Positions 22,763-34,239 of a DNA stretch of 43,027 nt are shown piece by piece. The position numbers were made by a program, and so were the translations under genes. The notes under the pieces are model-generated. The model was not told the origin of the DNA and did not search any database. It saw nothing but the letters and a program-made list of their open reading frames with translations. The stretch lies in the NCBI RefSeq assembly GCF_000743755.1, contig NW_014569487.1:1-43027 (forward strand), read 5' to 3'. Position 1 is the first letter of the stretch. Every line of letters begins with the position of its first letter. Origin of the DNA: Blastocystis sp. subtype 4 (lineage: Eukaryota).

Positions 22763-24938
22763 ATGCAAGGTGTAGCTGAGTCCCCAGCTCTCCAAGCAGG
22801 TGTAGTGGAAGAAGAAGGTTCTAACAAGGAGGATGGGAAGAGGTTGTTAGATGTTTTTGTAAACCTTTCGGTATGTTAATGAATCCTAGATAAAGGAACA
22901 TATAGTGGATTGTTCAGGTATGAATCTGTTGTAGTGGTGTCAAATACAGGGAAACATCTTGGAGATTCGGATGCAGAACGTGTTATTAACTTGCTTGTGA
23001 AGAAAGATGTTGATGATTCTGTATACACTTTAAACTTTTCCAGTATGTTTCATGGAAATTCTAAGATCCTAGATGACGGAATCACTTCAGAGTTTCTTCG
23101 GATACTCTCAGAAACATTGAAAACTCGTTTTAACAACCTCAAAGAGTTAATTCTGAGTGGTAAGCTTTTCTTAGTTTAGATAATCTTAGATAATCGGATT
23201 GGAAATACTGGACTGGACTATCTTTACAATACGATAAAGAGTCGAATGAAGGACAAGAAGACTTGTTTTTCTGTTCTAGATGTTGCAAGTAGGACTCGAT
23301 TTATCGAAAGAATTCTAGATTGTGGTATTACAACAGATGGTGCTCAGATTCTTCATCGGATGATTCGTAAGACATACGGCAACATGGATGTGAACTTTCG
23401 AAGTAATTCCAATCGCATTTTCTTTTGATTCAGATAATCAACTCAATGGCGAAGGTATTGGTTATCTCTTTGCTGCCAAGTATTGGGAATCTTTTACGAT
23501 CGATAGTAAAATCTCTTGTAACATTGAATGTAGACAATACTCTTGATGTGGCTTACATGTTCTTTGCAAAACATGTGAGATCCCATTCTCATATGTTGAA
23601 AGAACTTCGGATCATGAGTAAGGAGAGGATGAAGAGAGGTATTTGCGTATAGACAATAATCTGTCTCCATCAACAATCGAACAATTACCACAACTCTTTA
23701 GTACATTTGTAATGCCTTCCTTACGTGTTCTCTACATCAGTGAGCGAATGTGGGACACAGGAGTTATTTCCCTGTTTGATGACAATGTAATTCGATGTTT
23801 CCAGAATCTTGAATATCTGTCGCTAGTTGGTAAGATCAGTAGAAAGTGTTGAATATAGAAACATGTAGCAAAGGAAAGAGTTATTCGAATCTTCTCTCCA
23901 AATTCTATAGGAAGCAATTCCCGCGGTTAGTAGAGTTAACTATTATTGGTAGTACTTTGCGACTTTATTTAGTTCCAGAAAAAGGATATTTTTCGTGTCA
24001 TTCGTTCTGTAAACGTATTCATGGTGTGAACACAATTTGGAAAACTGAAGTGAGCAGTAATTCTTGATAATCATAGTAACAATGATTAGTGTTCGATCAT
24101 GCAGATTACTCCGAATTAGTAGCTGCTGTATTTTGCATTGAATCTCTAACCCATGTTTCTCTTCACTGTAACAAAGAATCTACTGTCTTTCCTTCCTTGT
24201 TTACTGCCATTGAGAAACAGTTTTTGCGAAAAGTGGAATATGTGGAATTTTCGAGTATTTCTGGAATTCTTTTTTCTCATAGATAGATATGGTGATTTCG
24301 TATCCTGACCTTCAGCAGATCCACAAGTATCATCTCCCCAAGTTGGAAACTTTGATTATCCATGGTACAGACGTGTCGTTGTGATGATTTGAAGGACTGG
24401 ACATGGTTCCTCGTTATGTGAAGGAGATATCTCCATTGATTGAAATGTATCGTGGTGTACTGTATCCTGAGCATTCACATGTCGCAGGAGAGCTTCCTTT
24501 GGAATCTTCCTTAGTGAAATGCGTGTGTACAAGTATGACTGATAAGATTGCATAAACCATTAGAAACGACTCTTGGTGATTCGATCTTCCGATATGTTGT
24601 GGTTCCGATAGCATTACGAGCCCAAATGATTGATATTCGAGGTATGTGTGTGATAGATGGGGTGATACATAGAGAATGAAATTACTGATAATGGAGTTCG
24701 TTATTTCTATGATCAGATGAAAGAATTTAAGGATTATCGTGTCAAGGAACTTCTGATTGATACAGATGGATTGTCTCCTCTGAGTCAGTTGCTGTTAAGG
24801 CAAATCATAACTCAAGATGAGACACTAGACGTGGAGATTGCGAAGCTTGAGAAAGATAACGAAGAGAAGGAGGTGTTGGAAGTGGAATTGGAAGAGAAAG
24901 AAGTGCCTAAACACCGTTCGTGTTGTGCTATTGTGTGA
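22763..24938 (+). CDS. RNI-like leucine-rich-repeat protein with C-terminal CaaX motif
   Basis: LKELILS|DNRIGNTGLDYL, LDVA|xCGITTDGAQIL, LRFDLPICCGSDSITSPNDLI plus ENEITDNGVRYF-type repeats. Ends HRSCCAIV*. Confidence 0.75.
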
Positions 24939-24995
24939 TGGATTGTTTGTTCATGTATCTTATGATAATTCGAATCTACTCCAAACAAACATTTG

Positions 24996-26738
24996 TAAAC
25001 TACATACGATTCAAATTCAATATGAGGCTTTAAGAAAAAGTCATAAAATAAGATATAGAGCATAGGAAGAGGAATACTCCAAGCTAACAATTTCGAGATC
25101 ATGGGCCAGGTATAACGACCTTTCTTGTAATCATCATACACAATTTGACTTCCTCCAAACTACTTATAAATTATTCTATCATATCGTACAATGAAGTACA
25201 ATAATATCCACAACAATATCAAAGCTAAAAATACAATCCAACACCATTTCACAGTTGGGGGGAAAGGCGCAATATTCGGACCATATAAAATACCCTACAA
25301 ATCAATCATTCAAAAACAGACTCACTTCTCCCATTTTATAATCAATCAAACATTCTGTGATTGTCATACAAATGGCCATCCAGAAATATTGTCCCAATCG
25401 CTTATGCTTAGGATCATGGAAGAAGTCATAAGCCTCTCTCACTGCAGGAAGAGACAACAATCCCCAAATGATTAATCGAATCACTACGAGGGGATGCTAA
25501 TCATGATGTATAGATTGTATTCCTACACTTGGTTCCAACCATAAAGTTGATTTCAAGAAAAATGCATTCAGTTCGGCAATCTCGAAAATAACGCAGACAA
25601 AGGCAGTTTGAACACAGCTCTTGAACGAGCCAAATACATCCCAGTTATACACCATCCAACTAGACATTCACTAACATCATCACAAGTACCTCTGAGGTGA
25701 GAACTGTTTGATGAATCTCTTCATTCTACCACTGGAAGTTTTGATTTCAGGGAAATCAACCCAGTTGTACTCGCGTGCTGCTAATCGTTTGTTGATCCAC
25801 ATACCAACCCACCTAACGATTAGATCAAGTATAGATACCCACATTCCGAGGAAATTGCAGCCAAATACATCTGCTATGAGCTTGTCCCACCAGCACTCCT
25901 GGAAATTGGGAAGAATGTGCTGAACACTCACTTCGAGAGCCTCGAACCACACAGACAGGAACCATAGAATCTTCCAGTCTCGGAAAATAAAAGCCTTCCA
26001 AATCCAGCCAAGGAAATGAGCTAATATGAAAATGTCATGGAAAACATCCTTAACGTTCTTGAAGTGATCGGGATTCTCGGGAATGTAGATACGACAGTCC
26101 GAAGCATAGTCTCGGTAGGTCAATTCCACACCCAGAGAAGAATCGAAGAATTTCATGAACTGTCTTGCATTATCTGGGGAGAGTGATAAGATAAACAGTA
26201 AAAAACACTCATAAACAACTGCTATGGCTACGGATGACGAAAATGAACCACCAGTACCCAAAATGATCTTCCAAACAACAGGATGTGGTCGTGTAATAGG
26301 ACCTTCCTGGAACTACCTATCAAAATACCTCTCACACAAGATACTTGATTCGCTCCAAAAACAATAATGAATGCAGCTACAAGCGCCACTCCGGCACGAA
26401 TACTATTTAAATATGATTCTACTGTTAACCGATTTGAGAATTGGTACCAGACTTGAAGTAAAAACATGTCAAATACATGGAGATAGCCAGAAATAGCACT
26501 AACCATGTTGCTGTATGGGGTTTTGTAACCATATCATATCCATTCCCAATGATGGATCGAATAATGTATTCGATACGCTTTCCTAGGGACGGTCTTTTCC
26601 TATACTCTTTCTCCATAGAAATATCTCCTTCCATCTCCTCAATCGGAGTTGACGCATCTTCTTCCTGTCGAGGAATTGTACTAGGAAATAAGGGGTACTC
26701 AACTTCCAAGACTTTCGATTTCGTAATTCTTCTGTCAT
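24996..26738 (-). CDS. PSS: Phosphatidylserine synthase, base-exchange type (PTDSS1/2 family)
   Basis: KPHTATWL, TRPHPVVWK, RDYASDCRIY, DIFILAHFLGW, FEALEVSVQHILPNFQECWWDKLIADVFGCN, AELNAFFLK, LPAVREAY. End placed at the predicted poly(A)-completed stop. Confidence 0.92.
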
Positions 26739-26959
26739 TTCAATCTTTTATTATGAATAAGGAACTTACTATGGAAGTCTACATTGTTCCATGCATTCTA
26801 TTCTGTACGGATGACCAACCACTGTAACAAAAACACGTTACACCTTTGTCTTGAGATACGTTGTTAGAATGCTTCAAGGTACTTTGCTATATCAAAAGAC
26901 AGATTTCGAAACAAACACTTTAAAATAGGTAACTACACCATAGAAAGCGTAGAATTCGC

Positions 26960-27473
26960 TTAATCGTCCTGAGCCTTCTTGGCCTTATGGAGAGCAGCAC
27001 GACGACCCGTTCCCCAGATCTTCTTCTGGTGATTCTTCTTTTCCTTGAGCATCTTTCGTCCCTGACGAGGATACTCCTGGATTCCAAACTAGATATGATG
27101 AATTGATCTCCAACTATCTACTCTAGCCAGACGGTACTTAGCCTCGAACTTCTTGACATCATTAAGGCTATCGTAGATCAGAGCAAAGCCAGTAGATCTG
27201 CCGCCTCCTATAATGATTAACAGATACGGAAGATGTCGTTACCGAAAGCAATTTGGAATCCAAAGAGGATGATGCACTTATCGTCCTGAACGTTGTACTT
27301 TTTAGCCAGAGTAGCCTTAAGCTCCTCCTTAGACACAGAAGCACGCTTAGGATGAATGACTTCGATAGTCTAGTTTGTCATTCTCGAACATCATATAGAA
27401 CCATCTGGCGACGCTTCAGAAGAGGGTTTCTCATGAACTTTCTCACACGAACAGTGACTGCAGCTTCGGACAT
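26960..27473 (-). CDS. RPS24: 40S ribosomal protein S24 (eS24)
   Basis: [42 protein letters not shown]...[21 protein letters not shown]...KKFEAKYRL. Confidence 0.97.
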
Positions 27474-27655
27474 CTCAACAGTGTAGTTATTCTGTTTGAA
27501 GGAATTCACACAAGCCAGAAAACCAGAAATGTACAGTTGTTCCACATACTTGATTTTCAAGAAACCACTGTAGCAGAAAAAGACTCGAAGTATGGAACTC
27601 AAGAAAATGGGAATTTCTGGAAAGACAAAAACAAGTCGGAGTATCAACAAACAGC

Positions 27656-28632
27656 TCATGACTTCTTTGTTCTTTTTGAATCTAGCTCCTCAAGAGAATC
27701 GCTAGAGTTTATATTTTGAGAATGCTTTTCAGATTGCCGTTGGACATCCGATTCTGAGGAGATAAGGTCACTTATTAGAGGGTCCTTTCCCAAAATGCTG
27801 ATAATAGAATCTACAACCGAATCACTATAATTGATTAATTTCTGTGACTACAACTCTATAGGTTGATGTTTTTTCAAAGTACTATTGATTACATCAGGTA
27901 GAATATTCTAAATGATGAATCCCCTAATTGTTGCAAACAGGTAGTGTTCGATAGAGATGGAGGTATTGCTCCATTGGCAGATCAATTTCATTTTCATCTT
28001 CATTTATATTGCTCAATACAGGTGGTATCTCAATATGAATAACATAAGAAGAATTACTTGATCTTCTTGTCGAGAAGGAACCTCTTCTGCAAACGATGGA
28101 CTGGGTTGTGGAAATTGCTGGATTTGTTCTGGAGAGAGGGTTTCTTGCCTTTGCGTCCCATCTATAGGTGATGGATCAGGGTTGTTTCCTTGTTCATTAA
28201 CATCATAGCCTTCATTAAGCAACATAATCTGATTTTCAATCATATGACGATATGATGAGTAATCAGCTAGTAGCATCTTTGAATTTCACTTCGATCTCAT
28301 TCCTACTTCGATTTGTTTGAATGTTCGTTCAATATCAGGTCCTAGTGAGAGAACCAAATGCTGCGACATCGACTCCTCAGCTAGTTCCTTTGTTTTTAGT
28401 CGGATATAGTCATTAAGAATATATCTGAGATCTTTAATATATTGCATCTACAAAATAACAACAATCATATTATTACTTCACTGTAATCAATCTCTTTTGC
28501 TATATTCTCCTTCCTGAATATCTTTTCTGTTTTGATAAAACCCTTCTCCTTCAGATCAAACCAACAGAACAAATCAACAATCAGATATTTATTAATGAGA
28601 AGAATGACCTCCTCATCTTTGATTTCCCGCAT
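27656..28632 (-). CDS. LisH-domain protein resembling the N-terminal region of NPAT/Mxc
   Basis: Spliced MREIKDEEVILLINKYLI|EKGFIKTEKIFRKE (LisH) followed by DLRYILNDYIRLKTKE. Five 29-31-nt introns give one frame ending KRTKKS* adjacent to TGTTTGTT. Confidence 0.65.
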
Positions 28633-28992
28633 TTAAATACGATAGTAATAAAGAGTCAAGAGAAAGATGATTCCTGAATCATCACTTCTTTTCCTCAACA
28701 ACTTTGATCTTCCAATTGAGTCATTCTCGGATCATAGAAACCAGATACACTTAGGTTCAAGGTTCAGGATGAGGAGTCCGCTAAAAACATGAAAAAACCG
28801 TTTTAGCGAAATTATGAGAAGGGTTATTGTAGGCCTCAGTTTTCTTGATAAGAGGTGTGCGCAGTATCAGAGTACTGCAAACGATACAGCACTTTGATTA
28901 CGTTCTGTGGCATTGTGTTCGAGAGTTGATAGCGTAGAGTTTCTGTTAGAGCATTTTGCTTTATAAGGACTGTTTGGATAGTTCAAGTAACA

Positions 28993-30588
28993 ATGGATTC
29001 TGTAAATTGGACGCGAGAACTCGATGAGGTTGATTAGTTACTCTTTCACGATTTATAGATGATTCGAGAGGCGGTTGCACGGTATGGAAGTAATGACTGG
29101 GTGAAGGTTTGTCAAAAGCTTCGCTCTCAGCAAATTACTCCAGAACAGTGTCAGGCTCGGTGGGAGAACGTTCTTCGTGATCAAACTGTAAAGGTACATC
29201 GTTTGTTGCTATTATTATTTAAGGGTCCTTGGAGTGAAGAGGAAGATGCTATTCTTAGGTCTCTGGTAGAAAAATTCGGGCCAAAGAAATGGTCAACAAT
29301 AGCTTCATATATCAACGGAAGAATAGGGAAACAGGTAATGTTTATGGTTTGTTTCGAGAATAGTGTCGTGAACGGTGGCTCAATCACTTAAGTCCAGCCG
29401 TTTCGAAAGATGTTTGGACGGAAGAGGAAGATGAAATATTAATCAACGCTCAAATTCAAATGGGCAACAAATGGTCATATATCAGTAAACTCCTTCCTGG
29501 ACGTTCTGAGAATGCTGTTAAAAATCGGTATAATTCCATTGCTAGTCGAAATGGTGTTCGAAAGAAGCGACTCGGGAACTTTGTGAATCGAAGTCCTGCG
29601 GGTCGTGGGAATCTTCTTCGTCTGCAGATCCCATCCAAAGCACGGTCAAACACTCAGCGATCAACATCGCAAGAGTCAGCATCTCCAGTTCTGGACAGTT
29701 CCTATGCTGAACTGTTAGAGAAGGCAACACAACAAATCAATGCTCGGACAGCGCAGAGGCAGCAACGATCCTCTCTTCAACTGCCTGAGTTTACATTGAT
29801 TCATGGGGATCCCAACATCTCAAACCCATCTCACACTCCTCTAGAATCAAATGAATCATTATCTCATCGTGAGTCCAAGTGGATCTGGAAATGAGTGCTA
29901 ATTCGTAGTGATATGTTCATGTTCCCGTCAATGAACTCACCTCTTCGAAACAGCTTTCTCTCAACAGACATGAACCAATTCAATTTTGGGGTCATTGACA
30001 CTTCAGAGATGACTCTTCCAGTCGTCAATCCTCCTTCATTCACTTCACCACGGTCACTTCAAGAAGAAGAGGCCAGTCTTCAGCAGATCGATTCTTTCCT
30101 TCTCTCAGGAGTATGTGTTGACTTCTCGTATCACTATACAGAATACGATTATGGGATCCTCGCAAATGCCTGAGATTCCAGCTCTCTCTCAGCAAAACGA
30201 GGAGGCAATCATGTATTCCAGTCTTCGAGATAGCTTCCCTTCTGCTGATCCAGCAATCTCTCTCCCTTCAACTGAACCCTCGATTGCTCCAGTGAAACTA
30301 CGATCGAATGCTAGAATCAATACATTGAACCGAGGTGTCTATTCGTCGTGGGACAGAGAAGGGATAGAAGGATCAACTTCAAGTGGAACAGGCCAGCCAT
30401 TATCTATTGGTTTCTCTAGACAATCTGCCAGGTACGAATCTTTAGACTTATTAAGACTACTAAATGAATCTGATAGTGGTCAGAACGTGGACATTACCTT
30501 GAATGTGGATAATCCCCTTTTGATGGAGGAAGAGGTCAAGGAACCAATCTTAGCTCCTCTGGATATCTCGGGTGCTTTCTACTCGTAG
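28993..30588 (+). CDS. Three-repeat (R1R2R3) MYB transcription factor
   Basis: WTRELDE|MIREAVARYGSNDW...CQARW; K|GPWSEEEDAILRSLVEKFGPKKWSTIA..GRIGKQ|CRERWLNHLSP; WTEEEDEIL..MGNKWSYISKLLPGRSENAVKNRYNS. Confidence 0.93.
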
Positions 30589-30728
30589 ATGTGTTTTTTA
30601 ACGTGTTTTCTTGATCTTTGTATGTTAAGGTGTTTGTTCGGAAATACCAAGAGCCTTTCGAGAACGTTTATACTTCTCTATAACCGCGGAAGTGATTGCT
30701 GTTGTCAGATTCTAGTTGTTGTTTGGAA

Positions 30729-32126
30729 ATGAAGGCTGTCTTTATTTTGGCTATCATCATTGCTGCTTCTTTTGCTGAGGAGTGGAGACCAATAAGCGTT
30801 ACTTATGAATAGTGTTCCTAGTCATAAATATGAACTTTACGAGGTTTATGCAAGTGCCTATAACTTTTATGATGCTGGATATCAGGTAGATCTTCTGTAG
30901 GTTAACAATCGTAGTATGGAGAACAAACTCGTTACGTAATTCAAGAGAGATACCGCCTTGATAAGGTGCTTCAAGATATCTTGATTCCATGGTCTAATAC
31001 TATGGAAGGAGAATTGGCCATTGCCAACGTTATTGCTACTCATGTATTCATCAATTTGATTCATGAGGTCTAGGAGTGTGAGTTCCCCGAATACATGCAA
31101 GAGTTGAAGGGAATGGCTGCTGGTGCCCAAGTCCCCTTCTCCCAGGCTCTTATGTACACAATGGAAGAGGAATTCAGTTATCTGGTTCCTGAGAATCTGC
31201 GATACAATCTTGCTGATCATTGTTCAGATGTCTTGATCCAGGAGGATGACCAATGTACGAATACCATAAAATCCATGAATTATAGTGGTTCTTGCTCATA
31301 ATGAAGATGGTATTGATATTGATCGGAATCGTACTTTCCTTCTTCATATGATTGTATATGATCGTAGTTCTGCTTGTTCTCTTTCATCATAGTTGATGTT
31401 GTTCGTTCGAATTTCACTGCTTACGTGTATGCTGGACAACTTGCTACTAGCGGTAGGAATCTCGAATATCACTCATTTTCAGCCTTTGGATACAACCGCC
31501 ATATCGCCTTCTCCATGAATTACTTGAAGACATCTCAGGCCAGTCAATGATTGTTCCTTCGATCATCTTTAGATGTGAATGGATGGGGTCGGAATTTCGT
31601 TACTCGTCGTTTGCTTGATGCCAAGAGTCTGGATGAGGCCTTGAATGTCGTTGTAAATCCTAACTGCTTCGTTGCTCACAACTATCAAATCATGTCCCTC
31701 TCCGAGCGTACTGCTTATGATGTGGAGGTTGCTCCTTTTGGTGTGGTAGAAAGTTAAGATTGATCTTCATCCTAGTATGGCATGTTCACTCCCATGGTCA
31801 AACGTTCTCATTTCCATGCCAATATGTTCAATATTGCTATGGTTGATGATATTGATGATGATAGTTCTCTTCATCGCATGGCCAGAGCCAAGGAACTCAT
31901 GCCTGCTCGTACGATGAAGGAGGCTCTTGCTATCCTTGGAGACTAGTAGGAATGATGAAATGAAGTGAATGGTAGTGCTGATAAGGATTTCCCCATTTAT
32001 CAGAATGGTGGCCATTCTACCTTGTATACGCTTCATACAGCTTTGTATAACTGGGAGAAAAAGACTGTTACTATTTTCCAGGGTAATCCGATTCTCGGAA
32101 ACATTATTTATCAGTATCATCTTTGA
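30729..32126 (+). CDS. Secreted peptidase C45 / acyl-CoA:6-APA acyltransferase-like Ntn-hydrolase
   Basis: Signal peptide MKAVFILAIIIAASFA, FPEYMQELKGMAAGA, autoprocessing site DH-CSD, AHNED, AFGYN, GRNFVTRRLLDAKSLDEAL. Confidence 0.85.
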
Positions 32127-32159
32127 GTCGATCCTTTTGTTTTTTGATATACGTTTGAA

Positions 32160-33139
32160 ATGTCTGAAGAGGACCAACGAAATGAGAATGATGCGAATCC
32201 TATGAATCCAAACTCAAATACGGCTCAACCAGAGTATAATCTCGACTTCATTGTCATATATAGGAAGAAAAGCAAGAGACAATTAAAGAAGGAGAGAAAA
32301 CTTGCTAGAGAGGAAAATGCCACAATGGACGGTTCAAATCCCGAGACTACAAAGTAGATTGACTTTTGTCATGTTGAGAATGTAGGCCTAAGAGACCTAT
32401 TGATCCAACAAAGAATGCTGTTTGGTTTTGTTAGGATTCTTCATCTATAGACAGTTTTCTTGGGACAACTCTCTCGCGATACATCTGAGGATCAGATTCG
32501 TGATTTCTTTAAGCAACATGACATTGGTAGGTCCTTTGTTAGTTACTTAGTATCAGAGGTCCGCGATGTACGAATGATGAGAGAAAAGGAAACTAACAAA
32601 TTCAGAGGTGGTTCTATTCCAAAGAGTTGATTTCTAGGAATGGCCTTTGTAGATATCCCCGATGGATGTGTCTGTAAGGCACTAGAACTCCATCGTACCT
32701 ACTTCAATGGAAAGCAGATCAATGTGGAAGAGACAAAGAATGGAGGAAAGCACAGTGCTGTTACTATTCTAGGTATATGTATGATCCGTAGAAGAAGAAA
32801 GATTTCATATCTCGGATGCGAAAACTACACAATGAACGAACAAGAGAACAGAATGTAGTGATTTAGGTTTTGAGTTATCCATAGAACGCATTCATTGAGG
32901 AGTATTTGAAGGCAAAAAAGGCGAAGTTCGTGTGGAGTGTATGGACTAACATTCTTTATGATGGATAGGAATTTGATCAGAAAGCCAGAGATGCCGTTGT
33001 AACCTTCCCAAAAGATGATATGAAAAAGATTCTGGATTCTCTCCTTAAGACCAACTTCACGAAAGTACGTGATAAGAATACCTTTTTGATGGGAATTGTT
33101 CGACGAGTTCGGAAGGAGGCCACAGAAAAGAATGAGTGA
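32160..33139 (+). CDS. RRM-domain protein (Nop6-like nucleolar RNA-binding protein)
   Basis: RNP2 VFLGQL, RNP1 KFRG|MAFV, KALELHRTYFNGKQINVEETKNGG, basic N-terminus. Ends RRVRKEATEKNE*. Confidence 0.78.
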
Positions 33140-33184
33140 GTTTAGAAGTCCAGTGTTATTTAATCCATCCATTGTTTTTTTGAA

Positions 33185-34199
33185 ATGCAACAATACTTGG
33201 AGGAACATTACGATGATGAGATAATCGTGTATCCTCCAGAACTCTTGTCTTCTCTTTCGTCTGCTATTCCCGAAGTTCGCAGCATTGCATGTAAATCTCT
33301 CCGTTGGTACCAATATGTCTTTCTACTTATCTCTAGTCATAATGGACAGAAAAGTAACCAGGATCGTGTTTTAGTATATTCAAGTGATCAATTTCATGCA
33401 ATTATCTTAGCAGTTTTTGATGGTCATGGGAAATACGGTCACTGTGTTGCATCTTTCATTCGACACACTTTTCTCATCAATTTTAGCAATAAAGAATCTT
33501 GTAGTGCCCAATATGGTGTTGTATCCTCACTGCAAGAAGCAGATACTATGTTGAGGACAAATCCTCACGTCAATTCTAGACTAAGTGGTTGTACCGCGAA
33601 TATAGGATGTCTCTATTATGATATACTTGGAAGATTGTGTTATTCGTCTGTATTTATAGGAGATTCAGAGTCGGTTATGTGTGGAGAAATGATCTCTAGA
33701 AGTGTGATGGTAGTTCGGAAAAATAATGGGTCTCGTATTCAACTAGCTCTAAGTGAGATACATAATCCCTCCGATCCAAAAGAAAAGGAAAGAATTGAAC
33801 GGTATAAGGGATATGTGAAAGAATTAAAGATTCATCCTGCCGTTCCTGCTGTTCCGAGAGTCTTTATGGACGAACAATGTACTCGAGGTGGATTAGCGAT
33901 GAGTCGAAGTATTGGAGATCAGCTTATGCATGAATTTGGTGTATCCTCAGAGTTAGCGAAAAAACAAGTGTATTTGTCGGATTATCCTAACACTGAAATT
34001 CTTATTGTCATTGGTAGTGATGGGTTACTTGGATATATGAAGAAGGATAAAATATTAGCTTGCTTTCCATTTGAGTCAGAACCTGATCTTGCTTCTGCTT
34101 TGACTAGGGCTTGTGAGAAGTCTCAGGCCTATCAGTTAAAACTATCAAAACAACGGTATGCAGATGATACCAGTGGAATTGCTGTTCGTTTACATGTAT
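33185..34199 (+). CDS. Protein phosphatase 2C (PPM family)
   Basis: NQD, AVFDGHGKYG, SGCTA, IGDS, HNPSDPKEKERI, GLAMSRSIGD, IGSDGL, DDTSGIAVRL. End placed at the predicted poly(A)-completed stop rather than 34420. Confidence 0.92.
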
Positions 34200-34239
34200 T
34201 AAGTGTTTGTCCAATTACATTTCAACAAACACTTCAGAA

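Noticed and set aside
24812..24995. C-terminal extension of PSS overlapping the LRR gene
   Set aside because: Lies beyond the predicted cleavage site; the Ser-rich text is the antisense of the LRR acidic tail.
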